From: Octopus vulgaris
Taxonomy: Eukaryota
Reading direction: 5' to 3'
Assembly: GCA_951406725.2 (NCBI GenBank)
Contig: OX597818.1
Location: 29,140,001-29,204,000 of the forward strand
Length of the DNA: 64,000 bases
The notes under the pieces are model-generated. The model saw only the letters and a program-made list of their open reading frames with translations. It was not told the DNA's origin and searched no databases. Positions 25,920-38,949 of this stretch are shown one piece after another. Positions within the stretch are counted from its first letter, which is position 1, and every line of letters begins with the position of its first letter. Position numbers and translations under genes: made by a program.

Positions 25920-28270
25920 TTATGTTATTTAGCTTAATATGTCTCCTCAAGCACAACAAACCACTAGAAGTCTTGCTCCTATGTTATCTTCTCAAAGAGA
26001 GTCTACCTCTGTAGATCATTTCTCACCAGTTTGTCCCTTGTCTTTCTGACTTTACCCCTTTTATAGGTTTCCTGCACAGACAGAGATTAGAACTTCTTTA
26101 TGCAGCTGTCCTCATCCATTACAGTGCAGCCTTCTCTCTTCCATACTATACTTCTCTCTTCAATACTCTTATACCCAGATTTTCTCATAAATCATTTACA
26201 CTCTCATATATGCACGCTAACATTACCCATTCGGTGGAATAGGCTGACTTCATTTCTTTCAAGCCTTTGCATGTTCTCTGTAGTCAGAACCCATATTTCA
26301 CTGCCATGTAGCATAGCTGTTCATACAGTCATCATACACTCTGACTTTCCCTCTGAGAGTGAGACTCTTTGTTACCAACAAATGTAGCAGCTCTCTGGAC
26401 ATTGTGCAGTCTGTTCTTATTCTAACACCTATGCCTTCAGAGCTTGCTCCTCCACCACTAATTTGGTTACCTAGGTAACAGAAACTATCTATTACTTCTA
26501 CAGACCCTTCTAACATTTGAGAGAGTCTGTTTTCTGTACCTGCACATTTACCACACACAAAGACTACTTTCTCTGTTAATCTTCCTGTAATATTGCTGCA
26601 CCTCTTATGTGTCCATAGCTATCACTGGGCATCCCATATGGAGTTTCTATCTACAACTTTTCTTCATATTGAGTAGGACTATCGCCCTAAAGGGATTAGT
26701 GAGTTTTCCAACTTACCAAGACTTTGGCTTTTGCTAAATTAACTCTAAGGCCCTTTGCTTCCACACCTGAAATTTCTTCCCTAATTCTCTAGTGATTCAA
26801 CAGTAAGAACAAGATCATCATTGCAGAAGAACACCAAAGTGCAGCCAGTTTTCAGTTTCTCTGTTATGGTCTAGAAGACTATGATACACAAGAGGAGATT
26901 GTGTACCAATCCTTGGTGAACTCCTACCTTTACCCTAAATTCCTTGCTATATTCTTTGCTAACTCTCATCTTACTATCAGTGTCTTTGTACATGGCTTTC
27001 ACAACAACCACTCATTTATCTGTAGCTTCCACATTGACTACCAGATAAGGGAGCAGGAGACCCTGTCCAATTTTTTCTCCATGTCAACAAAAGCCAAGTA
27101 CAAAGGTTTATTTTCAGCTAAATATTTCTGAAGTTGCCTCTCCAGGAAGATAGTATTGGTAAAGCTTTTTCCTGGCACAAAACTGAACTGCATCACATCT
27201 AAGCTAACTCTTTTCCTGATTAATTGAGTTATGACCCTTCTTGTAACCTTCATCACCTGGCCCAGCAATTTAATACTTCTCTAATTAATTCTGTCTAAGG
27301 TGTCACCCTTACCTTTCTAGCAGTTGACTATAATGTTACGTCACCAGTCTTTGGGTGGCATGACTTCCTTGTGGACAACCTGATTATCTATACAGGTGAC
27401 TCAGGCTACTATTGATTCAGATAGCTTATCTGTGTTGGGTTCACATGAGGCAGACTCTCCTTCTCTCATGTATTCTGTAGTGTTGTAGGATCTTTAAGCT
27501 TCCAGACCCTTCTCCTTCATGCCGGTCATCTTCTGGACATCCACTTAGCCCTGATCCTGAAGTCACTAACTACCAGTCTATGTTGTGGGGGCACCTTCTT
27601 TGCCTGTGAAGGTTTTGACATTTATAAGCAGCCATCTTTCCCTTTATCTGGTGAGGATGTTGTTGATTTGGCTAGTGTGTCTTCCAGAACTGTAGGTGAC
27701 TAGGTGACTGGCAGGTTTTCTAAAGTTAGTATTGCAAACCATAAGATCATGTACGCCATGGAAGCCCCCTGTATGTTGTCCAACATGTCCATTGAAGTCA
27801 CCAGCCACAAAGAGAGGGTCCCTGTCATTCATCAACAAGGTAGTCTGCAAGAGGGTTTCATAGAATCGGTCTTTCTGTCCATCGAGGGGCATAGGCCGAG
27901 ATAATTGTTGCTAACCCATGATGAAGCACTAATCTAATCTGAAGTATTCTGTCGCATACTCTGACTACCTCAATTACCTTATCCCCCGATTTCTCCACAA
28001 GAAGCATACCCATGCACCTGACCCCGTCAGTGTTCCCTGCCCAGAAAAATCTTGTACTTGTGTTCTTTGCCTGTGAGGAACCTAGCGGAATCTTCTCTCC
28101 ACCTTACTTCTTGGATGCAGCACATAGCATCTCAACAATCTCACCAGACCTACCTTTCAGTGCTCCGATGTTGAGAGTGCCAACCCTGAGGGTGTGGGAA
28201 GTATTGGTCCTTGAGACCCTGGGACTGGGGACAGCAGCGTCATGTACCTGAAAAGAGAGCTTGCATTTGG
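25920..28270 (-). mobile_element. Decayed RTE LINE with internal deletion
   Basis: Minus ORFs AGDFNGHVG, QVMKVT, LAFVDMEK, DSFCYLG. Confidence 0.85.
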
Positions 28271-29829
28271 CAGAATTCATAAAACAATAGCCTTAAGTTC
28301 AACCTCCATACACTACACTATCATATTTTTGCACTATATGATCACTACCTTACATAGTAGGGGTGGGGATGGCGTAAAGCCTTTAGAAGTGTTCTTGAGA
28401 GACAACCAAAAGATGACAAAGAATAGGAACTTCTGGTACAGGTGGAGGAGGTGGGAGGGTGGTCGTACCACAAACTAGCAAATTTGCACAAGAGCATCTT
28501 CTGGATACGTATTCTTTCGGTGGAGGTATTAAAAATCGAGTAGGGGAATCCGAGTGTGTGCACTAGTTTATATAGGGTGGTGGTGGTGGTGGAGGAAGTC
28601 TTGGTAAGGTGAGTGGTAAACAAAAGAGAGAGAGACACACAGACAGAGTGAGGCCAAGAGAGAGAGAGAGGTGGTCAGAACCCGAGGGAGAAAATTATTC
28701 TTTCAGGATTTGTGTGGCATAGTTAAATTTAACGAGACAGCAAATGTTGATAATAGTAAAATAGAATTGAAGAATCTAAGAGCCAATCTAAGACAAAATT
28801 GGAGAAAAATGACTGTCATAAACTTTAATAGATGAATGAATGAATATGTTGCAGTTAAGGAAATGCGTGAACTAAGGTTATCTTAAGGCAACAACAAGGA
28901 AGATGAAACTATTGAAACTATATTTACATGATTATATGGTAATGAAATAGATAAAATAATGAAAAGAACTAATAAGGGGTTTATGATATGCGCAGAAATA
29001 GAAGAGTAGATGACGGGTTTGAAAAGACAAAACTTCTTATCTGAGCATCTTCAGGGATTCGTAATTTTCAGCTGAGATATTTAAATCGAGAAGGGGAGTC
29101 AGAGTGCGTGTGCTAGTTTATATAGGATGGTGGTGGAGGAAGTCTTGGCAAGGCGAGTGGTAATCGAAAGAGAGAGAGAGAGAGACAAAGACAGAGTGAG
29201 GCTGAGAGAGAGAGAGACAGTGAGACAGACAGAGAGAGTGTGGGTAGTGGTGGTCAGAACATGAGGGATGATAAAAATATACAGTATGTTGAATGATATA
29301 TTCAACTTTTGCAAAGTGGTCAACATTAGGATCCATTGCTTTGAAACTGGTAAGAGTTTTATTCAATTGCAAAAAGGAATCAATAAACACTTCGCTGTGA
29401 ATTTCTTTTCTGGTTCATCCTCTTTTTTCTCACTTTTTCTTCTGCTGCTCTGTGTGCTTCCAATTCAATCTCTGCAACTGAGTGAGAGACAGTGGCAGGC
29501 AGTGGATGCCTGGGTCTGAGGGAGACCTGTATTACCAGATGCTGCCATAGTTATTGTATGCACAACTGTCCAAAGTCCAAAAATTGTTTTTTTTATTCTA
29601 TTTACTTTTGTATTTTATTTATAAGTGCAGATTGTCATAAGTCACATAGGTCATAAGTCAAGGAGAAGGTGTATTAGGTAGGTCATCCAGATGCAATAAC
29701 CATGCCAAAGCAGACAATGGAGGTTGGTGCAGTCCTCTGGCTTACCAGCTCCTGTCAAACCATCACATGGGAGACAGATGTTAAATGTTGATGTTGATAA
29801 TGATGATATATAACACTTACATATACATA

Positions 29830-32450
29830 TATATATCTCACCTAAGGACATCCTCATCAAGGAATTTGACGAGAGGAAGGAGGATCTACAGTCCTCAGAC
29901 ATAGGAGGTAGCTGGAAATTCTTACAGGACAGCTTACAGAGTGCCTCAGACCAAGTGTGCGGATAGTCCAAGTCCCTTCCAGACCTAGAGTTTTGTGGTG
30001 GTGGAATAATACGGTAGACAAGGCCATGAGAACAAAGAAACAAGCTTGGAAAGCCTGGAAGAGTGGTGGTAGCAGGGAACCATACCAGATAGCCAAAAGG
30101 GAGGCTGGCGACAGTTAGACATAGACAAGGGAGAAGCAGAAAAGAAGAAGTTTTCCCATGTCCAGGCATGTGAGGACCAAAGAACTGAGGTATTTCAGAT
30201 TGCAAGTCAGTGTGTAAGAGAAAATTGTGATGTCACAGGAGAGAAATGTGTCCATATGGATGATGGTGCACTTGCTTTTAATGATTCGGAAAAGAAAGAG
30301 GCTTGGAGGAGCCATTATGGAAGACTGCTTAATGTGGGGAATGAATGAGAGAAGAGCCTGCCAAATGTTGATCCAGTAGAGGGACCAGCTATCGAAATAG
30401 ATAGCACCCTGGTAGATAAAGCAATTAAGGATATGAAGCTAGGAAAATCCCCTTGCCAATCAGGAATCCCTGCTGAGGTGCTTAAAACGTCTGGTGGTGT
30501 GGACTATGGCCTCATCACCCGTATTGTAAGCCAGGTGGTTCATGATGAAGTCATACCCAATGACTGGTGCAACAGCACCATAGTCAACTTCTGCAAAGGT
30601 AAAGGTGATGCTTTTGATAGAAATAACTACAGGGGTATCAAGCTGCAGGATCAGGTGATGAAGGTCATAGAGAGGGTCATAGAGAGGGTCATAGCCCAAC
30701 CAATTAGAGAGAGAGTCTTGTTCTGGGTAGATGCACCACTGATGCTATATTCCTGGTACAGCAACTGCAGGAGAAGTACATAGCCAGGATATATTTGGCT
30801 TTTGTGAACTTGGAGAAAGCCTTTGACAGGGTCCCCAATCCCTTACCTGGTGGGCAATGTAGAAACTGGAGATTGACAAATGGTTAATAAGGGCTTTACA
30901 GACCCTATACAGAGGTGCCGTTAGTAGGGTTAGGATTGGAAATGAGTATAATGAAGAATTCTGGGTAGAAGTGGGAGCTCACCAAGGATCAGCCCTCAGC
31001 TCCCTCTTATTCATCATAGTCCTCCAGGCAATAACAGAGGAATTCAAGACAGGTTGCCCCTGGGAACTCCTCTATGCTAATGACCTGGCCCTCATAGCAG
31101 AATCACTACCAGAACTACAGAAGAAACTTCAAGTGTGGAAGCAAGGTTTAGAATCGAAGGGCCTTAGAGTCAATGTTGTAAAGACCAAAATCCTAGTATG
31201 TAGGAAGGCGACCACATCACACACCCCCTCTGGTAGGTGGCCCTGCTTGATCTGTAGAAAAGGTGTAGGTAGAAACTTCATAAGATGTACCCAGTGTAAG
31301 CTATGGACACATAAGGAGTGTAGCAAAATCAAAGGGAGATTAACCAGGAAGATAGCTTTCACATGCCAAGGGGAGAAATTAGAAGTAGTTAATAGCTTCT
31401 GCTACCTAGGTGATCAAGTTTGTAGTGGGGAGTGGATGCATAGAGAATGTTACCACTAGAATAAGAATAGCCTGGGCAAAGTTCAGAAAGCTTCTACTCC
31501 TACTGGTGACAAAGGGCCTCTCACTCAGAGTGAAAGGTAGATTGTACGATGCATGTGTGCAACATGACATGTTTCATGGCAGTAAAACATGTGCTGTGAC
31601 TGCTGAAGACATGCTTAGGCTTGAAAGAAATGAAGCTAGCATGATCCACTGGATGTGTAATGTCAGTGTGCACGCAGGACAGTGTAAGCACCCTGAGAGA
31701 TATGTTAGATATAAGAAGCATCGGATGTGCATGCAAGAGAGACGTTTGCATTGGTATGGTCATGCACTATGGATGGACAAGAATAGCTGTGTGAAGTGCC
31801 ACTCCCAAACAGTGGAAGGAATCCAGGATAGAGAGAGACCCAGGAAGACATGGGATGAGGTGGTGAAGCATGACCATCGAACGTTGGGCCTCACAGAGAC
31901 AATGACAAAAAACTGCGACCTCTGGTGGTATGCTGTGACTGAGAAGACCCGGCAAATAAAGTGAGTCCACAGCTGTAACCTACACCAGTGTCGCATAATC
32001 AGCCCACTCAAAAGTATCTTGGATTGTAGGGCGACACACCATGCCTGAGGAGACCTATTGAGTCAAGTACATCAACATCAACAGCAATATCAAAATCAAG
32101 TCAAATGGAAATTGTAGTTGTGTACCTCGTGCCGGTATCACATAAAAAGCACCATCCAAACATTGCCGATGCCAGTGCCGCTTTGACTGGCTTCTGTGCT
32201 GGTGGCATGTAAAAAGCACCATTCGATCATGTTCGATACCAGCTCCTCTAGCCCCTGTGCCGGTGGCACATAAAAAGCACCCACTACAATCTCAGAGTGG
32301 TTGGTGTTAGGAAGGGCATCCAGCTGTAGAAACACTACCAGATCAGATTCAGGCCTGGTGCAGCCTCCTAACTTCCCAGACCCCAGTCGAACCGTCCAAC
32401 CCATGCTAGCATGGAAAATAGACATGAAACGATGATGATGATGAGGATGA
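29830..32450 (+). mobile_element. RTE LINE RT to 3' tail
   Basis: ORFs 30433-30783, 30971-31459 (HQGSALS..ELLYANDL) and 31410-31964; tail ends in (GAT)n. Confidence 0.9.
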
Positions 32451-32711
32451 TATATATAAATAAAGTTAACAATTGAAAATTGGAATATTAATTATTTATT
32501 TATTCTCATATCTATAAAATTCATAAGATATAGACATTAATAAATAGATAAAATATCTGACACATGTTTCAGCTGATTTACCAAGAACATATCCAAGTTC
32601 CTAGCTACACTATTTGATAATCATATGTGTGTTGTGTGTTTGTGTGTGTGTGTGTGTGTGTAGATAAATAGATAGATTTTTTTTTATTTAAAGTGCACCA
32701 TATATGTATTG

Positions 32712-33260
32712 CAGTGCTATAATAATTTCATATGTTGAGAAATACTCAAGCATACTCTTCAGGTACAAACCACATGCTAAAAAACATTGAATAATCGAAG
32801 AAACACATAAAAACTGAGAAGGCTGTAAATAGAAAACACAGAAAATAAAAAATGAAAAATACAAAAACGCAAACACAAAAGCTAAAAAAATATGAAATGT
32901 AAAAAGTGAAAAGGTGAAAGAGCTATCCTCTTTAGACCTTCAGTGATAAGGTTGGAAAAACATCAAGTTAGTCAGGAATATGCAGAATTTCTAATTCTTC
33001 AAAATATCGCTTTATCTATGCTTGCAACCACTTCTTATTTTTAACATTTTAGTTTTTGTGTTTTCTGTTTTTCATTTTCCACTTTTTGCATTTTCTGTAT
33101 GCTGCCTTTTCAGTTTTTTCATGTTTCTGTTATTATTCATTTCCTTTTGGTTCATTATGATATGTAGTTTGCACCTGAAGAATATGTCTGAATATTTCTC
33201 AACATATGAAACAATTAGTTGTGCTTAAATATGAACATATGAAACTATTAGTTGTGCTTA
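32712..33260. mobile_element. Inverted pair of Penelope-like pLTR/hammerhead modules
   Basis: ~32724-32774 is the reverse complement of ~33162-33212; both carry CTGAAGA..GAAA cores. Confidence 0.6.
33171..33224 (+). ncRNA. Type I hammerhead ribozyme motif
   Basis: Stem I GCAC/GTGC; CTGAAGA; stem II ATATGT/ACATAT; GAAAC-AATTA-GTT (NUH = GUU). Confidence 0.65.
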
Positions 33261-34370
33261 AATATATGCATTGTGTTCTTTAAATAAGTGATATTTATTT
33301 CTCACCTGATGGAGTACTTTTTTGTTGAACTTTCAATCATGGAACAGTACATTATATATATATCTTAATATATAAAACAGAGTTTGTGTGTGCGAGTGTG
33401 TGTGTGCATATATTCCATATGAATTTGAAAACTGAGTTGATGATTTTGATGTGTGCGGTATCAAAAAACTCAATAATCTTTCGGTTACCAAATAAAGTAC
33501 GTTTTTTGCACAAGTACTATTTCTTACTACAAAAATAACCTTGAAAACAAGGTCGGGTTGCCCAATTGGGAAGTCTTTAGCTAAGGGAGGTAACGCTGCC
33601 AGAACAATCTATGTCTTAGGACATAATGGGAAAATGTTTAACATACATGGAGTTATACAAGGGAATGAAACTTTGAAGATATACCATCGACTTTATTAGT
33701 ATTATTTAGTAGGTAATCTTTTAATGTGAAGTATGTCTATCTGTGGTTTGTTTAGTCCAGAGTTGCCTCTGATGTAGCAGACCCATCGCATTTTTTTTTC
33801 TTTTTTTACTTCCTGAAACACTGTAATCTTTTGATGAAAGGTTGTGTTTTAAGAGAGATTTGGCTGCTATTTGTAGCAGCTCAAGTTATCACAGACACAC
33901 CACTGTGTGTGTGTTTTGTTGTGGTGAAAAAATACTTTTTCTTGGAATATTTTGCACCATAATTTTTAAAGAAATCTGGACATCTTTCTTACTGCTAACC
34001 ATTCAACTTCAAATTACAATTGTTAATTGTTGGAAGTCAAGTAGACTGAGATGTACATATTCTATTATTGTATTGAATGGAAGTTCAATGCGAAGTTTTG
34101 AACTCATTATCTTGTCGTTAGTAATCTATTGCCTTAAATTTGAAGCCATTAAGTCTTTAAACATTATTTTACTTGGTTTAGTCTTTTGACTGTCGCTATG
34201 ATGGGTTATCACCTTCAAAAATTTAATTGATCATACTGACCTCAGTACATATTTCAATGTGACATTTATTTTATAGATCTCTGCTTGATGAACTGCTAAC
34301 TTTGAGATATAGTGGGACACAATACTCTATTTAACTACAAATGTAAACAGACACACACACACACACATAT

Positions 34371-34632
34371 TAGGTGCAAGAATAACTGTTGTTGAGAAGT
34401 TTGCTTCCCAACTACATGTTTCCATATTCAGTCCCTCTCTAGGTGGCTTGGGCAAGTGTTTTCACCCACTACACTCTCGGAATGGTTGGCGTTAGGAAGG
34501 GCATCCAGCTCTAGAAACTCTGCCAGATCAGATTGGAGTCTGGTGCAGCCATCTGGTTTGCCAGTCCCCAGTCAAATCATCTAACCCATGCCAGCATAGA
34601 AAGCAGACGTTAAATGATGATGATGATGATAA
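34371..34632 (+). mobile_element. tRNA-derived SINE with the RTE-shared 3' tail
   Basis: Degenerate head (..TTGCTTCCCAAC..TTCAGTCCC..TTGGGCAAGTGT) fused to the recurrent tail and (ATG)n. Confidence 0.7.
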
Positions 34633-35040
34633 TATATATATATTAACATACAGACATTATTTATTCAAAGATATTCAAATTCATGTAGAGAAAGTCCTGC
34701 CTATAGCTGTTTCCACACCCAATCAGTTCAATTACAGAAATAAAATACTTTAATTAAAATCCCCATATTTGAAACCAGTCAATTGGGAGAATTTTGAAAA
34801 GGAAGTTACACTTCGACATGTAGGTTAACCTATGACAAACTCTGATGTGTGTGTTTTCTTAAATGCAGATATTCCTTAAAAAACCATTACTACCATATGT
34901 ATGAATAAACACATTCAATATATTTGAGTGTGTGCAAATATGATGCATAATAGTTTATTGATGGTGGTATAGTAGTTAAGATGTAGATATTATAGAGAGA
35001 AAAAGAAAGAGATAAAGACGAGTGTATGGGGAAGAATGGT

Positions 35041-35095
<55 letters not shown>

Positions 35096-35247
35096 TACTT
35101 ATATATATATGTATATATATATATGTGTGTGTGTATAGATAGATAGATTGATAGATAGACAGACAGACAGACAGATATACATATGTGTATACCTAAACAT
35201 ACATACACATTTACATACATGGATATACCCACATATATATATATATA

Positions 35248-36630
35248 CAGTGACCTGCTAAAGTTTGCAATTCACAGTTAAAAGTCCAAGTTTACATATA
35301 ATGCAGGTTAATGAAATTTCCACCATTTATGAAGTTTTTGTAATAAATTCAATGCAACAATCAGAATTACATAATAATGAACAAAAGAAAGTTGAAATAT
35401 GGAAAAAAGTTGAAATTCAAAACAAAAGTTTACAACACATTTAACTCAATTGAATAATTTTTCATGTATTTTGAATAAAAATGATTTTGTTTCTCAAAAT
35501 ATCCATAGTGTTCTAGAAGATTTGGGAAGTTTTGTTTGTAAATATTTATAGCCATTGCATCATTTCTGACATCAGTTCTGGGTAAAAATAAACAAATTGT
35601 TTAAGACCTTTATGAGCGTATTGTTGACCTTCACAAGAGTGGCAGTGGGTACAGAAAGGTCTCTGCACAGCTTAATGTGCAACTGAGTTCAGTTGGTATG
35701 CTAATGCATAACTGGAAATCTCTCTCTAGTCTGTTCAAGTCACCCATGTAAGTTAGCAGAGCATACAGCAAGAAAACTTACAAGGACAGCTAGTAATAGA
35801 GCACAAACCACACTCAAGGAGCTGCAGGAAGATCTGGAATCATGTGAAGTATAAGTGAGCAAAGATATAATTAGTATATCACTTTGTTATTAGGATCACT
35901 TTTCTCCTTCTCCAAGAAAGACTCCATTGTTTAAGAAATGTCACTTTAAATTTCATTTTGCCTTTGCAAAGAGACATTTAAGTAAACCGGTTACATATTG
36001 GGAAAATGTAGTGTGGTCTGACGAAACTAATATTGAGCTTCTCAGCAGAAACTCAATAAACAAGGTTTGGAGAGAGAACAGCATAGAGAACCTGCCAGAG
36101 AATACTTTCTGTTCAGTCAAATTCAGAGGTGGATCAGTAATGGTATGGACTTGTTTTTGCTAATCAGGTGTTGGTAGAATAGAAGTAGTAAAAAGAACAA
36201 TGGATGGGGAAATATATAGGGAGATTTTAGAGTGATGTTTAATACCTAGTGCATATTCCCTAAACTTGGAACGAGGATGGGCCTTTCAACATGATAACGA
36301 TTCAAAGCACACAGCAAAGCTGAGCAAGTATTAGTTGGAAACAAATGGAATTAATGCTTTGGAATGGAGAAGTCAATCTCCAGACTATAATCCAATCAAA
36401 AATCTGTGGTAAAAATTGAAACTCAGAGTTCAAAAAAGAAATCCATGTAACTTACAAGAATTGAAAAGAATTTTGGAATGGGGGAAAATAGGCCCCGCCA
36501 CATGTAAAAAGTATTTAGGAAACTATTCAAAGTGTCTGCAAGCTCTCATCATCAACAAGTGTGATGTAACTAAATACGGATTTAATTGTATAAATGTGTT
36601 GTAAACTTTTGCATTTTGAAGTTCAACTTT
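35248..36630 (+). mobile_element. Decayed Tc1-family transposon
   Basis: TA|CAGTG start; fragments [53 protein letters not shown]. Confidence 0.85.
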
Positions 36631-36699
36631 TTATATATATATATATAAGTATATATATATATATGTGTATGTATATATATGTGTGTATATATATATATA

Positions 36700-38143
36700 C
36701 TAGCAGTATCGCCCGGCGTTGCTTCGGTTTGTAAGGGAAATAACTATATAAGCATTTTTAGAGAGTCATAGCCAAAAAATAGCAAAAAAATGCATTAAAA
36801 ATTGAAAACAAATTAAGGTAAATTTTTTTTTAAATCGTTGACACATCGTAGATATTTTTAGAGAGTTACTTCCCTTATATAAAAGCGAAAAAAATGCATT
36901 AAAATGGAAAAATATGATGGTAAATTTTTTAAAAATCGTAGACTCATCGTAGACGCACGCTAATACCCAGAAGGGCTCGATATGAATCACGACTATCAGA
37001 TACCCGCTTTTGGTTAAACTGCACCGCAAAATGTGGAAGTAGTTAGGAATCTAAATCGTAGGAGACAGACATCACACAACTTCACTCTTATATAAAGATG
37101 GTTTTTTTTTTCACTCATAGAGTTAGATTTATGAAGGTCTTCAGTAGAAAATCCTTCGAATTCTGACTCGCTGCTTGATATAATGAAATTCGTATCCATT
37201 TTTTGTCAGAATTACAAATTTTGAAAACACAATAGGAACAAATTTCGGAAAAAAATCTCCCATAATTCACGGAATTAAAATTACACTTCGATTTTTGTAC
37301 AAAACTGTAGTTGAAGTGTTTACGAAGTATAATACGTGTTTTCACGAATGTACTAAAGAGATTTGCTCTGATATTCTCATTTAAATATGAATAGGTAAAT
37401 TCGGGCGTAATAAAATATATACAGAGTAAAATAAAAACCAATTTACCTTTTCTGTCCGTCCGTGTGTCTTTGCAAATGTGTTGGAATGATAAGTGAGTTG
37501 TGATTTGGCGCCTTTTTTACTAATAACAAACACACACGTGTTTGTATGTAGTTGTATGTGTATGTAGTTGTATGTAGTTGTATATGTATGTGTATGCGTG
37601 TGTGTGAGGAATGACACACACACACTCACGCACGCACACATGTACATCAATGCTTTCGGAGTGATATGTTAAAATATTGAGTTTTCTCGAATTTTGTCTT
37701 AATTGGTGGTAAAATTGAAAGAAATTTTTTATGGCATCACCCACTGAAGTACTCTGAAAAATCTTAGGTAAACTCTAATTGAAGAAATTTTCTGTTTGCT
37801 GTGTTTTTTTATTTTTTGAGTAGTGGTTTAAATACTTTCAGTTTAGTCTTCCTCAAATCACTCTGTCGCTATTTACTTTCATTTTATTCGTTGCACACTG
37901 TGTGTATGCGTTTGCGTGTGGTGTAAACCAGACTAAGAAAAGCATTTGACACACACACCAGAATGTGAGTTTTCTGTAAATTTTGCTTAATTGGAGTTTA
38001 AATTTTAAAAACTGGACCTGGCATGACGCGATGCATTGTACTCTTAAAAATGCTAGGTAAATTGTAATTGAAGAAATCCTATATTGTAGATTTGTATAAC
38101 TCCCAAAGGGAGGCAGATAAAATCTGCCTTTTATAATAAGAGA
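36700..38143 (-). mobile_element. Non-autonomous Helitron-like element(s)
   Basis: Minus strand: GC-rich hairpin then CTAG end at 36700; candidate A|TC 5' starts at 37098 and 38143. Confidence 0.55.
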
Positions 38144-38185
38144 TATATATGTATATATATATGTGTATATATATATATTTATATA

Positions 38186-38670
38186 TCTCTATATATATAA
38201 AACTGAGAATGTCTGTCTGTCTGTGTGTTTCCATAAAACTTGAGAACTACACAACCAATTTCATTCAAATTTGACACATGCCTTACTTAGGGTCCATGTA
38301 GTTTCATGGGCACAAAAAAATGTTTAACTTCTTACCTAGAGCGAGCCCATAGCAATATCATATCTTCTCCACTATTTCAGTATTACGTAAAAGTGAAACA
38401 AAAGCATTTCTCTATTTTATGTCAGATGCTTTCACTTTAACAATAAAATAATAATAACAATTGAATTATATGTAGTAAGTAATAATTAAAATCAAACTAA
38501 AGTATAATATTATTGTAACATAACAAAAGTAAAAATAGCAATTGGTATAAAATTGCATAAATGACTTGAACTTGAATCAGTCGTTTCACATGAATGGGAA
38601 TAAATAAAAAATAAAATTTAAGTGGAGAAATGGAATAGTCCAGATGGAGGTGTGCACGGCTTTTACATTA
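38186..38670 (+). mobile_element. Helitron-like element 5' portion, immediately upstream of the array
   Basis: A|TCTCTATATATATAAAA..(GTCT)n start resembling the reverse complement of the 37098 end; 3' boundary uncertain. Confidence 0.4.
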
Positions 38671-38719
38671 GATTATTTGCTAATTAGCTAGCATTAAGTA
38701 TCTATATGAAGTTTGGCTG

Positions 38720-38726
38720 TATATAA
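38720..38726 (+). promoter_or_regulatory. TATA-like box ~30 bp upstream of unit 1
   Basis: TATATAA at canonical Pol II spacing from 38751; AT-rich context makes a chance match plausible. Confidence 0.3.
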
Positions 38727-38949
38727 TGTCTGTTTTCTCGAAAGATGCTTCTACTGAGTACCGCTTCTGTTAATTGCGTTATTTTTCTGTTTGCGTTGTG
38801 AGAAAATTGCTGCTCCCATTTAAGAGAGTCGAAGTTGTGAATTTATTGTTTGTACCAACTGCTTTGAACAGTGCCCGTTGTGAAACGGTGATTTTCGCCC
38901 TACGGGGCAGAAAATTTTGTATTATTTGAAATTTGCTACCTTTGAGGTG

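Noticed and set aside
38751-38890. Hammerhead in the unit head (CTGAGTA..GAAAC)
   Set aside because: The core is not CUGANGA and the stem order does not fit.
38730-38930. snRNA or spliced-leader RNA gene at the unit head (AATTTTGT Sm-like site)
   Set aside because: No recognisable similarity to spliceosomal snRNAs, 5S or tRNA; the motif is too short to support a call.
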